Below, piece by piece: positions 1 to 13,500 of a DNA stretch of 64,000 nt (within the stretch, counting starts at the first letter, position 1; each line of letters begins with the position of its first letter). The notes below the pieces were generated by a model. The model made no database searches, was not told the origin of the DNA, and worked only from the letters and a program-made list of their open reading frames with translations. The stretch covers positions 2,790,001-2,854,000 of the forward strand of contig CM035361.1 of NCBI GenBank assembly GCA_020137815.1, read 5' to 3'. Both the position numbers and the translations under genes were made by a program. This DNA is from Hormiphora californensis (taxonomy: Eukaryota; Animalia; Ctenophora).

Positions 1-397
1 CACGTCAGCTATGAGAGTACATGTAGACCCAGATGATAACAAAGGTAACATTATTCATCTAGGTGAAAACCAGCGATAAAATATTGTGCAATATTGCGAA
101 AAACGCAGTCTAAAGTGCGTTTCAAACGACTTGACCTGAGATTCCTGGAAATTCAGGATTTCCCCTTTGTAAATACACGCGCAATGCGCCAAATTCCAAG
201 AATTACGGGTCAAGTCGCTTGAAACGGACTTTAGCTATAGCTAGACTGTGCTTTTCGCGCCTGCCCTTTGTATTTGCAAAGGAGGGAGAGAACATAACAA
301 AGTTATTATAGTGCTACAGAATGTATAGTACTGGGCCAGTACTACTGGCTCTTATAAATTTTACACCTCAAATTTATTGTATACAATATATTTTTAG

Positions 398-2224
398 AAC
401 AAATTTCTCCTCAGATCAAACATTCAACATCACATGTAACGCTGAACACAGTCTACCGATGGATACAATAACAACAACTGTGTCATGTAGTCTTGAAAAG
501 ACAGCTGATGACAGTCTTGAAAGGTGGAGCTGGAATGCAAATGAGTATAAATCTTTACCAAAGTGTAAAGCAAGTAAGTTGATATTCCTGTTTTAGCTAA
601 TAATCACACTGCTAAAGTACCGGACTCTTATAATATAAAAAACAACAGCAACTTGTCAAGGAGGTTATTGGAATCCAGAAATGAAATGTATTAAAGGTAA
701 CAGAACAAAGGTTATCCAGTTATAAAAGTGATGATGAAACAATATCAACTTGTCCAACGTTATAAACATGTTAAATTACATGATTCATGATGTATTACAA
801 GGAGACACCAATTATCAGTATCAATGGTTCATTTTAATGTTTTTTGTTTCAGTGTGTCCACTATATCGGTTGACAGGATACTTTTACTCTGTTTCTGATG
901 AATATGTTGCAGATGGTAAGTTTTCATGAATATAGTCGGACCCCGATTTACCGGGGTCCTCGGGAGAAGCTATTTTGTACATAACAGGTCAAATAGTTTT
1001 CAAGTACAGATTTATGATCTGGTGAAAAAAAAAAAGATTTTGTAGGGGCAATTACAATTATTTGCCTCATTTCAGGAACTATCGTGACACTCACATGTGG
1101 TGATAATTACACTCCTGAAAACCATGACTCTTATAATCCAAATACAACAACATCAACCTGTGGAGCGGGCGTTTGGAATCCAGGAATGAAGTGTAATGAA
1201 GGTAATAGAACAAATGTTGTCCAGCTAAACCTATTCTCGTGGTTCATTCTCAAGACTGATGAAATGTGTTAATAGTAACACAGCTGAAAACCGAAAGCTA
1301 ACAGCATACCCTCCACAGATGCTTATTGCGAAAGCAAAACAATAGCAAACGCAACAACAAGCATCCCGAAAACATACGAAGATGGCACAGTTTCCATAGA
1401 GACAATTCATTGCAACGATGGGTACACTCTTGTTTCGGAAGGGAGTGTAGATAAGTGGACATGTAATGAAGGGGATAATGAAGGGACCCTTCAGTGGGAT
1501 CCTCAATCTTTTCCCTCTTGCATAGAAAGTAAGTAAACGAACTGAACTTCTTCTTCGCCCGTAGATGTACATGTGTCGTTCATTATTGGTGGATTTCACG
1601 ATTGAACCGAATCTGAACATTTGACTTTCATTTCAGATTGTGATGATGTGACTGTGAAAAACTCAGTTGATGGAACCTACCCAGGTGCAAGTCCGAATCA
1701 GCAACTGGAGATAACGTGCAAAAACCATTTTACTAGAATCGGTAAGTGTACTGGCACTGGAAAAGTTATTTAAATAATTGGCCAAAAAGTCCTAAATGAT
1801 TAATTAAATTCATACTTTTCAGGATCAGCAACTTTGTCATGCGAGGTGCAAGATTCTCTAACCGTTAATTATAATCCATCCCCACCGACGTGCAAGAGAG
1901 TCAGTAAGTGTGTATATTGTAAACCAAATCACGTCGATTCTACTGACATACATATTACCAAACATACGACCGTGATATGCATAGAACTCTGTGCATAGAA
2001 GCCGTATTTCGACTGATCTCAACTGTTTTGTACAATGCCGTTTGATTCAACCAGAATTTCAGGGAATTCTGAAGATTGTTGTTTGTTTTCCGTGTGATGA
2101 TGTTTGTGACCCCCTCCCCTTCGAACCCCCCACCATTGATTCTACAAAACCCCTTCTAGGGCCATTCAATTTCCACCAGTGCAGCAGAAGAAATCGCTTT
2201 AAGCGATCTCGAGTTCATTGTTAG
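398..2224 (+). CDS. 3' part of a multi-exon Sushi/CCP-repeat protein gene; 5' end lies outside the window; nested antisense in a USP32 intron
   Basis: GT-AG bounded Cys/Trp-patterned exons: ~398-570 (TFNITC...VSC...WSW...LPKC), ~853-915 (VCP...), 1076-1201 (VTLTCGDNY...STCGAGVWNPGMKC), ~1637-1741 (DCDD...LEITCKNHF), ~1823-1903 (ATLSC...PPTCKR), last exon from ~2160. A partial duplicate of the 1076-1201 exon lies at ~620-697. Exon ends are approximate. Confidence 0.55.
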
Positions 2225-2385
2225 TTTTTATAGCAATGTACTTGGAGAAGAGCTGAGTCCAACACAAAAGAGTCAAATTGACCACAAAGAATCAAAATCC
2301 CCCCCCACAATACTGATGTTTGATACAATAATATCTTAAGAAGAGCGTTATCTGAGTTAGAAGAAAAAAAGAAAAAGAGTGTTAC

Positions 2386-5300
2386 CTGAGAGCTAGAAGG
2401 CCATTTAGACTGTCCGGATTCGTCATGTTCACCTCACGGAGATGCAGTTCCTTCAGGAAGTAGACACTCAACGGTCTTGTGTTACTCAAACACTGCACGG
2501 GAAGAAAGGTAGAGATAAGAGATTAACTATGTCTGTGTCTGCATCTATATGTCTACCGTCCGTGTCTGTGTCTGTTTCTACTGTTTGTGTCTGTGTCTGT
2601 GTCTGTATCTCTGTCTACTATCCGTGTCTGTGTTTGTGTCTGTGTCTACTGTCCGTGTCTGTGATTACTGTCTGTGTACATGAGTCTGTCTCTGTGTACA
2701 TGAGTCTGTATCTATGTAAATGAATCTGTGTCTGTGTACATGAGTCTGTGTCTCTCTCTCACACCAGCGTCTATACCTGTATGCTACTGTTCATAAAGCA
2801 CGTGTTCCCAAGATTGTTCAACCCTGTAGTCCCATTAACTCGAGCGTGGGGTGCCCGTCTGTCTATCACCCTATTTTGGTTTATTATGTTGGCAACCTCC
2901 TCAGGCCAGCTCATATCATCGTTCCGCTCCTAAAAAACAAAGAGTTTCAGTGATTGAGGGAAGGTATAATTAGTAAAACATCGTTCATTTGTAGAAGGGC
3001 AGACCCTTATCTCATGCCATTGTGACGTCATTATCACGTCATATATCTCACCTCAATGAGAAGTTTGGAAGAGTTAGTCAGACCGAGATCATGTAGCGTC
3101 TTGTCGTCCGACTCCTCGAGAAGTGCTAGTTTGTGGTTGGGTAACATTCGCCATAGCCTTAGGTCCTCCCTTCCAACTTTTAGTTTGTTACTGGCACCGG
3201 GAGTTTGGGTGTTGGACTGGGGATTTGAGGTTTTGGAAAATTTATGGTTTGGCATTGAGCCAGAATAAAAACTGTTTGATCGGAGAGGGAGGGAGAGTTA
3301 TCGTTATGGCTTAGTCTGTGTGTGTGTAATAAAGTGGATCGTGATGGATGGAGGGAGAGCAAATCGGGAACATCATGAATAGATGGACAGAGTGTAACAT
3401 CACGTGGAGAGCTATGTTTTAGATCATCTAGAATTGGATAGATAGATAGAGAGAGAGGGAGTGAGATAGAGAGAGGGAGAGAGAATCAGAGGGAGAGAGG
3501 GATGATGCAGAGACTTGGCAAATACAGAAGGTGGAATCGAAACTAATAATGTTGAGGCCTGCTAGATAAAGAAAGGACTACCCTTTACATGAGCTAACGT
3601 ATGAACTGCTAATAAAGGAATTACCTGAGGAGGAGTATGATGGATTTTAGTGTATCATCACAGTAAAACGCTCCGGTGTAAGATAACACGTGCCGTGGAG
3701 GATCAGCCGTCATCGGTCCTGTGTGAAAACACTGTGATAATTCAATTATTGACAATAATTAATATTACTGGTGATTTTGGTTGAAAATCCATAAATTATA
3801 GGTCTTGACTGTAATTGTGAAACTGTGTTGAATTACTATATACTATTGAAAGTCATGATATTGAGAAGTGTTAATTATTAGAAGAGGTTTATAATTCAAA
3901 ATGATATTCTCGCATTACCCAGTTCAATGCTCGTTTTTACAGCTACAGGTCCATCTTTTAGAGCTTCAACTGCCTTCATAGTGCAATATGACCTGCATGA
4001 AATAAATAATTATTTTAATCAAACCTTTAGAAATTATTCATGAATCAATCACTTCCCAAACTAAAGTGACCTCAATCATATTGACAAGGTACTAAGATTG
4101 TGTACCTATAAAAGGTGAACTTGGGGTGAAATTGTTAAAAAGGTGAACTTGAGGTGAAATTGTACCTATAAAAGGTGAACTTGAGGTGAACTTGTACCTA
4201 TAAAAGGTGAATTTGAGGTGAAATTGTACCTATAAAAGGTGAACTTGAGGGGAAACAAATCAAGAACAACGGCTCCATCTGTTGTTAGCTTGGCCCTCCT
4301 ACAAATGGGTCTACTGCAACCGTACCAATCCTCTAAGGTACACCACAATACCTGAAAAAGGTTAATTAGTTAATATTAAGCTATTAATTATATAATTAAT
4401 CTATTAATTATATAATTAATAAGCTATTCGCTATTAATTAATAGTTAGTTCATTAATTGATTAATAGCCTGCACGTGGCATTAATAGAAGGGGGTTCCAC
4501 GAGTCAAAATAGTAAAATCTCTCGATTTATTTGGTAAGACAATTTCAGTCAAATCGACGAGTGTCGTTATACCTGAGAAACAATCTGATAGTCTACGGAG
4601 TGTAGTAGGCCCTGTCGGAGGAATCCTCCTTCCGTCGTTATGGACGGGGTGGCTGGTTTACCATTGAACCCCGGTTTCGTTACTGAAAAGAAGGAAGGTA
4701 TATTGGTTAGAGTTTAATTAGAGTTATATTATGTAATTTATTTAAATTTAATTAGGATTAGTTAGAATTTAATGAGTTTCTGATGAGATGGATAAAATTG
4801 ATTATTTGATTTTAATGCACATCCAATGATAATAATCTACACTAGGAGCTACTTCCACAAAAAGGTATCTTTATGCAGAATTTATGTGCTGTATTTTATC
4901 AGTGAGTAGTATACATGTGAGGTATGTAGCTTAGTATTCAAATTTCAATAAAACAATAAAGTGCAGGTTACATATTGTCATGTTTATCAATTCAATTAAG
5001 GTGCCGCTATCGTGTGGCACTTTATACCGTGCAGCAAGTTAGGACACCGCTGATGCTTATTATGAGGTACTTTTCCTGTCTGTACTTTCGCTTCCCATAG
5101 ATCAAAACTGAGCACTAGCTATAATGATCTATGCTAGCATATATAAAAAACCATTGTAAGTACAAGCGACACGTTGCAAGGGACATATATTTAACTCACA
5201 TTAAAAAGGGTATATTTTCCGACATAAATATATTTATGTTATATAAATGAGAATATTATATGTATCACTGCGCTGGCAAGCGCAAAGGTGGCCCCATCCA

Positions 5301-6356
5301 ACCCCCCGAAAAAAAATCCCCCAAAAACGGCCCGCTTGCTCACAGCGTATATATAGTTATTTCATACTTTTAGCCCATTTTGGCACTTTTTGACACGCCA
5401 TAACTCCGCAACCGGATGAGCTAGGAAGCTGAAATTTTGTACTCAGAAGCTTCTTGTTGACATCTATCGATGGTAAAAATTTCAAGTGGCTAGCTCTTTT
5501 TGTTCAAAAGTTATAACACCACCCCCAAAACAGAAAATTCAGTGTGGGGATAACTAGGTTGATACATATATACATATATACATAGATACATGTATAGACG
5601 CTTTGTTACCTTCCGTTTGGTCCCAGTTTGAGACGAACCAGACATCGTACGACCTTAAACCAAGCGGCATTCGACAGACAATTGTCTCGTGCATGTACCC
5701 ATCTGGGTGGCGACTCTCCATCTTACCTATGACGCGCGCAATGACGTCACGAGTGACGTCATTGCGCGAGACCGACTAACTTTTTTCAAACGCCTCTAGC
5801 ACCCTGAAGACGTGTTCCGATTTCTGATTTGACAAGAAATCGTTACCGGCAAATTGTCTAAACTTTCAGATACTATATTGCGAATTTTCGTAGCTGATCA
5901 TTTTGAGCCCTTAAATCGCGTCGGAAGTCAATAATTTGACGAAAAATTCAGCAAATTGAACGTTTTTCTAGCAAAAACTCCCTTTCCTGACCACTGTGGT
6001 CAATTAAACTTTACAAGCTCCTTTGGGGTATTTATTCAAAATATATCGTGATGCAATTACGTCGTTATGACGTCACTAATTACGTCATAATGACGTCATA
6101 ATGACGTCTAAAATACGATTTTCACATAAATTCGTCTCGTTTCTCATATATTGCATTATTTCGACAATATTATTATGAAATAATGTCTTGCTGCGATTAA
6201 AAACCAAAAAGGGACCTAAATTAAGCCAAAAACTAATTGAATTAGTTGGCGGAAAAGGTGGCCCACTTACACCTTTGCCTGCTGCCGGGATCAGGGATAT
6301 AAGAGGTGAATACAATGGAATAAGACAGTGAAAGAGTGAAAGAGTGAAAGAGTTAT

Positions 6357-6433
<77 letters not shown>

Positions 6434-7518
6434 CAGAGAGAGGGACAGAGAGAGACAGAGAGACAGAGAGGAGAGAGGAATAGAACGAACAGGAATAAGT
6501 TACCCTTGAAAAATAAGGGATTGAGATACCGAGCTGGAGGGAGAGAGTGGATGAGAGTTCGTGGTGATACCCGGCAGTAGCAAAAGGTGTAAGTGGGCCA
6601 CCTTTCCCGCCAACTAATTCAATTAGTTTTTGGCTTAATAGTTATGTTAAACAAATGGATACAATATAAATGTTACATGTCTGTTACATGTCTGCACCTA
6701 AATGTACCGCGAAGTCACAAAACGACCAACGGGTCGTACCTAATGGCTGTTATGTACCGAAACAGTCGGATAAAATCATGTCAGTATATATTATGTATAT
6801 AATGCAGTCGGACCCCGATTTACCGGGATGCTCGGGGGAAGGGCTTTTGCCCGGTAAATCGGAGTGCCCGGTATATCGGTATCGGGCTCAACTGTTAATT
6901 TCCTATAATATCGGGGGAAGATTATCCTCCCGGTAAATCGGGGTTCTGGTAAATCGGGGCCCAGTAAATCGGGGTCCGACCGTAATATATACTATATTCA
7001 TGTACTACAACTGTTTACTGTGAACATGGGACTTGTCACCCAAAATATGTGTATTTACAGCACTCGACTCATACAGTTCACGGTCATCCTCAATAAATAG
7101 TTTTACGTTGTAGTTGATGAAAGTTTGAAACTTCAACTGCATTCCTGACACAAAGAATGCATATATAACGGATATATAACGGATAGCGTTTCTCTGTTAC
7201 TAAAACATTATAATGGGTTTGACCGCCAGGGAGCTGCTGCATTATAAAACTGCTATTTATGCATATTATATTTGAAAGACACGAGGCTCCCCTCGTTAAC
7301 CTGCATTGTTATGTTCTAACCCTCCATTACAAGCTCAAAAGCTGCGACTCCGTAGAACTACCTACATAACATTATTGATGCCCAAAACGTCCCCTTGGCG
7401 TCTTTTCCAAGGTAAAATGAAATTATTGGTTTTTCGGGTTCTAAAAGAAAACTCTAGTGGCGATGGTGTCTATGGTAGGGTTTCTTCATTCAAAACATTT
7501 TAGTAAAAAGTAAGAGGG

Positions 7519-7565
<47 letters not shown>

Positions 7566-10500
7566 AAAAGAAGAAGAAAATGGATCGTTAAGTGAGAAAC
7601 TCCTTTGCGTCGAATACACCGCAGCCGTTCAAAACTATATAAAGATGTGCTACCTTCAATGGCCTGGGCTCACTTATATCATTTAGGAGTTTGTTTGTTC
7701 TTTGCAAATAGCTGGCTATTCAATATGTAGCAATAAAGTTTCTCAATCAAAGTCAATATGAAGAAACCGCTATTGATTTGGTGTCTTGCGATTGTTGTTT
7801 TTAGAAAAGGTATGTCCTTCGTTTGCTTTCTGTATTTTCTAAGTTCAAACAGATCATTTAATTTTTGCCGAATTCTCTTATATAGTGCAATAATTCTGAT
7901 TTGCCATTACGTTATAAATTATAACTTTTAGCATTTCAGTTGCTATGATGATCCGAATTAAGAATTAATTATTTAAATTCATTTAATGCTTTTTATAGAC
8001 CTTGTTTCACACCCATTGCAGGGTTTGCCAAGATACAGTTTTACATAGGAGAGGGGAAGTCCACCCAAACATTTGTCGACAGCAAAATAGCTGGTATGGT
8101 TATTGCTGTAGGGGAAACGGAGGTAAGTCATGAATTGTTGACGACTTGTAGGAAACAAAATGTGTCTGAATCCCTCTGAATCAATAAGTTGACCAGAATA
8201 GCCGAGTCAGGAAAGTGCTCTGACAGCTATGAGCTAGAGTCCCAGTAGGAGCTGTTCAAACAATTCTATTTTCAGACAGGTGAGATATGTGGGGAAGAGA
8301 TGCCGCTAAGTGTTGGTACCCTCATCTGTAAAGATATGGGATATACGAGAGCTTTACATATCTACATGTCAAACTCCGGTTAGTTTAGTACTCACTGCTC
8401 AATTCTTAGAATTCTTAGGGCTATAACTCGCATACACATCCCTCCTTTTTAAAAGGTTTAATCTCATGTTGACCCCCTAAAAATGATAATTTTTCCTTAG
8501 TTTCCAGTGTAGTGTGGACGATACAGTGCAATGCAAATGCTACAAGTCTCAGCGAGTGTGATATACAACGGGGCACCTGTGGTCCTTTCGTGTTGGCTAT
8601 CGTCTGTGATACTAATGCCGAAGGTAATCAATTGATTGGTGACATAGACACCTGCAGGCGTGTGTGTGAGCTCAATCTCGGTCGCGCCAGATGTCACCAA
8701 ATCAATTGATTGATTGAAATGCTGTTGTGCCTGTTTGATTTTAATGAAATAGTCCTTCGACTGGCTGCGATTTTATTAAAGGTTTCAAGAAACAATGGGG
8801 TTGGTGGTGGTGGTGGTGTGACAGTCGGTCGCCCCATCACTTAACAAAACAAATTGAACTTTGCTAATGGAAACTTACCGAATGGCAAATCCGGTAAATT
8901 GAAAGAAATTGACATTGAGGGACATTTTGAATGCAAAAAGTTCCAAATGGGTCTACTCTCAAATCTTGGAAGTTGGAAATTCATTTAATAGTTCTATTAA
9001 GTGAAGATCGCAAATCTGAATAATAAATATAAGGGGAAAAAATCGAAAAATAAAAATACTTTCAAGCTTAAAATTTGTTGGTTTTCAGTAGATGCAGAAA
9101 TCTCGTGTGCACGAAACTTACAGGTAATTAATAGCAAAATCCTGCACTGAAAAGTGCACAGCTCTCTCATGGGAGCACGAGAATTCCGTATACGAGACTT
9201 CACTGGTTTGTATTAGTGGCAGGATTGGCAGGATGCCACTAAATCGGGGTCTGACTGTATAATCATCATATGAAACAAAATCCAGATTGAGCTCAACTCA
9301 ATCTCTAGTTCCTTTTTCGAGCTAATTTACATTGTACTAATTAATTAATGTAACAATTCACAGGTCAAGAGGAGGGTTGTCCAGTGTTGAATGTCAACGG
9401 ATTCTTGAAGCGTCTTTGTGTCATGGACCCTTCGTTTTTAATTCTCCAGTGCCACAATTCCAATACAACTTACACAGTCCCGTATTATAACCTCCACTTG
9501 TACGGATCACGGGTAAGTTCTTTTGACCCTTCTTTTTTTTGTGTCCTCCCCGTGCTAACATTGGCAGGTGCGAAGAAGATCGGTTAAGGGACCCTTTTAG
9601 GGACCCTATTAAAAGTAAGTAGAACCAATTGCTCGGCTCTCAACTCAATCCCCAGTAAATAAGTGGACTTTGTCAAAGGCCAAGGAGTGGGCGGGGACTA
9701 GCAACTATTCCAGAGTTTTGAGTTCTGATCGTCTTTCCCAAATACTAAGTGTCATCTAGAGTCGGACCCCATTTACCACAGCTACTAATTATTATACTTG
9801 TGTATCTCTCAGGAAGAGGCATACAGTGCTATGTGCGATGCGGATCCCCACTACTATCAGGCGTGCAGTAACACTCAATCACTAGCTAACAGACACACTC
9901 ATCACGCTCTCTGTTCCGATTACATTTGTCTACCTGATAGGAGTACTGGATTTCTGGAACTCCCCAGTAAGTCTTTGCAGTTGTTGGTGTTACTAACAAA
10001 GGAAAACTACCGTTTAGTATAGCAGTAAACAATTGTTTCAAAGGAAACTTTTCATCAGTTATTAGTGTTACACCATTAGATAAATACTGATATACGCGAT
10101 ATATCAGTAAATATTTAATAACCAGCTGTTAATTAATTAATTAATTAAATCCCCATCTAGGCTTCCTTGTATCATTTACTGTTAGTGAGGGTGAAGCTTG
10201 CGGTATTCATGAATGTATGAGCCGGTACTGTTATTACTCGGATCCAAACCTTGAATTGGTAAGTCTTAGCTGAGCTAGATATATATGTAAAAATTGCCCC
10301 CCCCCCCCACCATTATATTATGTTTTGACCCATGATTATTATTGAATCTCAGCAATCTAAACTGTTGAGTTGTACCAATATCAACTACCAAGCGGAATGC
10401 GGAAATGATGTGATTGGGGAAAGTGACATTGACTTCATGTGCAATGGTGTACGTTTTGTTTCGTTTTGGTATAACAATATTTTTTATGTTTGTTTTTTTG

Positions 10501-13500
10501 TTCATTATATGTTTATTTATAGTTTTCCGTTTGTTTATCCGTTTGTTTGGTTCTTAGTTGGATAATTTTATAGGTGTGTGACGCAGTGTTCTCGTGTGAG
10601 GATGAGTCGTATTGTAATGGCTACCACTACGGCACCAAAGATTGCGGTTGGAATGGGACACTAACATACATCAAGGGCTCTCGGTAAATTATATATAATT
10701 AACCTTTAATCAATAAAGGAACAATATTTTTTCCCTGCCCGGGTGAATGCCAAAGCAGCACCGAAGGCATTCACCCGGATGCCTTTCGTGTGCACTTTCG
10801 GCCCATTGGCTCCCAGGGAGCAGCACAATTAAAGTGAGAGTGGACAGAATAAGAATCAGACAAGTTTGTTGGAGGTTGTAGAGATTAGAATTCTGATTCT
10901 GTCCACTCTCACTATCAATCGCTCCCTTTAAAATGTGCAGTTAGGACTCGTGTTTTATATCCCTCTAGAATGTGTAGTTACGACTCCTTATCTCCCTTTA
11001 TAGAATGTGTAGTTACGACTCGTGTTTTATCTCCCTTTATAGAATGTGTAGTTCCGACTCCTACCTTATCTCCCTTTATAGAATGTGCAGTTACGATTCC
11101 TACTTCATGTGTGAAGACAGAAGTGTAGTCCTGCATCCGGACTGCTTCAAAACAGATACCGGGCCCTCCTGTATCAGCAGGGACATGAAGTTCCATTACA
11201 ATCTTTCCATTCCTGTCCGGATTCTCAACACTACTCGGTGTTCTATTATCACCTCGGTGATCGAACCAGCAACACCCTATTGTGACGATTTCATGGACCA
11301 AACAAACTGTTCTGACCCCGATAGGGGGGTTTTGAGGTAAGGGGTCATTTGAAAAGGACGTGTCCAGGGGGGTATTGAGGTAAGATAAACCTTGTTTTTT
11401 TATCTTAGTTTTTAGTGTTTTTTTTGTTTATTACTCTGTTACGCTGTTATCCCGACTCAGCTCTGCAGCCAGTCCGATTTGACCCCATTCCAATTTATTC
11501 AGGTGTAAGGTTGGTGGTTACCCTACAACAATTTCCAAGTACATCATCTGTTCACCATACGTTGACGTTGTTCTTTGTGATGATGGTGAGGATGGAATGT
11601 GTGAGAGTCCCTCCCATAACTGCAGGTAACCATGGTCACGTGCTTGTCCGAGCTAGTAGAGGGTCGAACAAGGCAAGTGATCACAGAAATTTTTATGTCT
11701 CCAGTAATACGGCGCAAGAGGTTTTCTTTGTGTTTTCTTCTAGTATATTTTGAAGTTATTAATATTAATTCTACGTTGCGGTTGAGAAAAATTCGCCACG
11801 TTGACCTACCTGAATATGGCTTAAATAATGCAATTAGTGTTTAATTTTACCCCCGAAACTCACGGAAATTTTACTTGCATTGTGATTGCTGTCATACGTA
11901 AGCCAGCTCCCTAGAAATTCCTAGAAATACGTCGCACACTTGGCATTCTGAGAATGAGAACAACACAGAAGAAAGAGAAAGGGATCCTCATACTCAATTA
12001 AAATGGCCCATTGAACACTCCATTACATGTTGAAACAACAATCAGATTTTACAAGCACTGAAACTAATTGTTGCTGAAGACTGCACAAGCACTGAAGCGA
12101 ATTGTTGCTAAAAACTGCACAAGCACTGAAACGAATTGTTTCCACAGACTTCACAAGCATCTTATGTGTGACGGTATTGCGAATTGTGAAGATGCCAGCG
12201 ATGAGGCTTTGTGCGGAGGAGAAACGGAAGTCCTGACGTGGAGGAAGTACTCGCATGACAGGCCGCTTCCGTTACAGGTATTTCTTTATAACGCGAGGTA
12301 ATTGATAAACTAACTAATTGATGCCCTTCACCAGGTAATTAACTAACTAATTAACCCCCTCAACTAGGTAATTAGTTAACTAATTAACTCCTCCACTAGG
12401 TACTTAACTAACTAATTAACCCCTTCACCAGGTATCTTGGCTAATGGACGGGATGGAAGACTGTTTGGATGGATCAGACGAGGTACCAGAGAGGTGGGAG
12501 AGATGCGGGAAGGGCCCAACTCTAAGGTTCAAGGAGGCTAACCGATTGTGCTCCGAGGTTTTCAGGTAACTCTCTCTTTAGTTAAAGTAACAAACTCTCT
12601 ACTCTCTCTTTAGTTAAAGTAACAATCTCACTCATCTCCTTTTAGTAAAAGTAACAAACTCACTCCTCTCTTTAGTTAAAGTAACAAACTCTCTCATCTC
12701 TCTTTAGTTAAAGTGAGAGTGGACCGAATCAGAATTGGACAAGTTTGTTGTAGGTAGTAGAGATTAGCTCTCTGAGCATAATACGTTTTTGCCGCTCAAA
12801 ATCGACCCACCCATCACTGAGATATTTTTGTTATGTTGGGAGAACTCCTGTTTAATCAGTATGTAAAAAACAGAATAGAAACAATCGTCATGTTTTCCTA
12901 ACACATTCTGAATATAAGCAGTGAGGTTGCCATGTTCATGCACAGAAGCAGAACAATGCAAGTTAGCATATTGAAAATTTAAAGAATGTGTTAGTAAAAC
13001 ACAAGGATTGTTTCTATCCTGTTTGATAAATATTGATCCAGCAGAAATTCTCCCAACATAACAAAAATATCTCAGTGATGGGTGGGTCGATTTTGAGCGG
13101 CAAAAACGCAAAATGCTCAGAAAGCTAATCTCTACCACCTACACCAAACTTATCGAATTCTGATTCGGTCCACTCTCACTTTAAAGTAACAAACTCTCTC
13201 CTCTCTCTTTAGTTAAAGTAACAATCTCACTCATCTTTTTTAGTTAAAGTACCGATATCTTTCCTCTCTCTTTAGTTAAAGTAACAAACTCACTCATCTT
13301 TCTTTAGTTAAAGTAACGAACTCACTTCTCTCTTTAATTAAAGTACCAATCTCACTCCTCTCTCTTTAGTTTAAGTACTAACTCTCTCCCCTCTCTTTAA
13401 TTAAAGTAACAATCTCCCCGCCAGATGGAGGGATGGAGGGTATACGGAACTCTCTGAACTGTGTGACGGGGTAGATCCGACTGGACTGGAATTGTCACTA

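Noticed and set aside
12764-13138. 124-aa ORF repeated at 16809-17183
   Set aside because: Lies inside a Kolobok-like MITE, has no recognisable domain, and recurs only because the MITE does.
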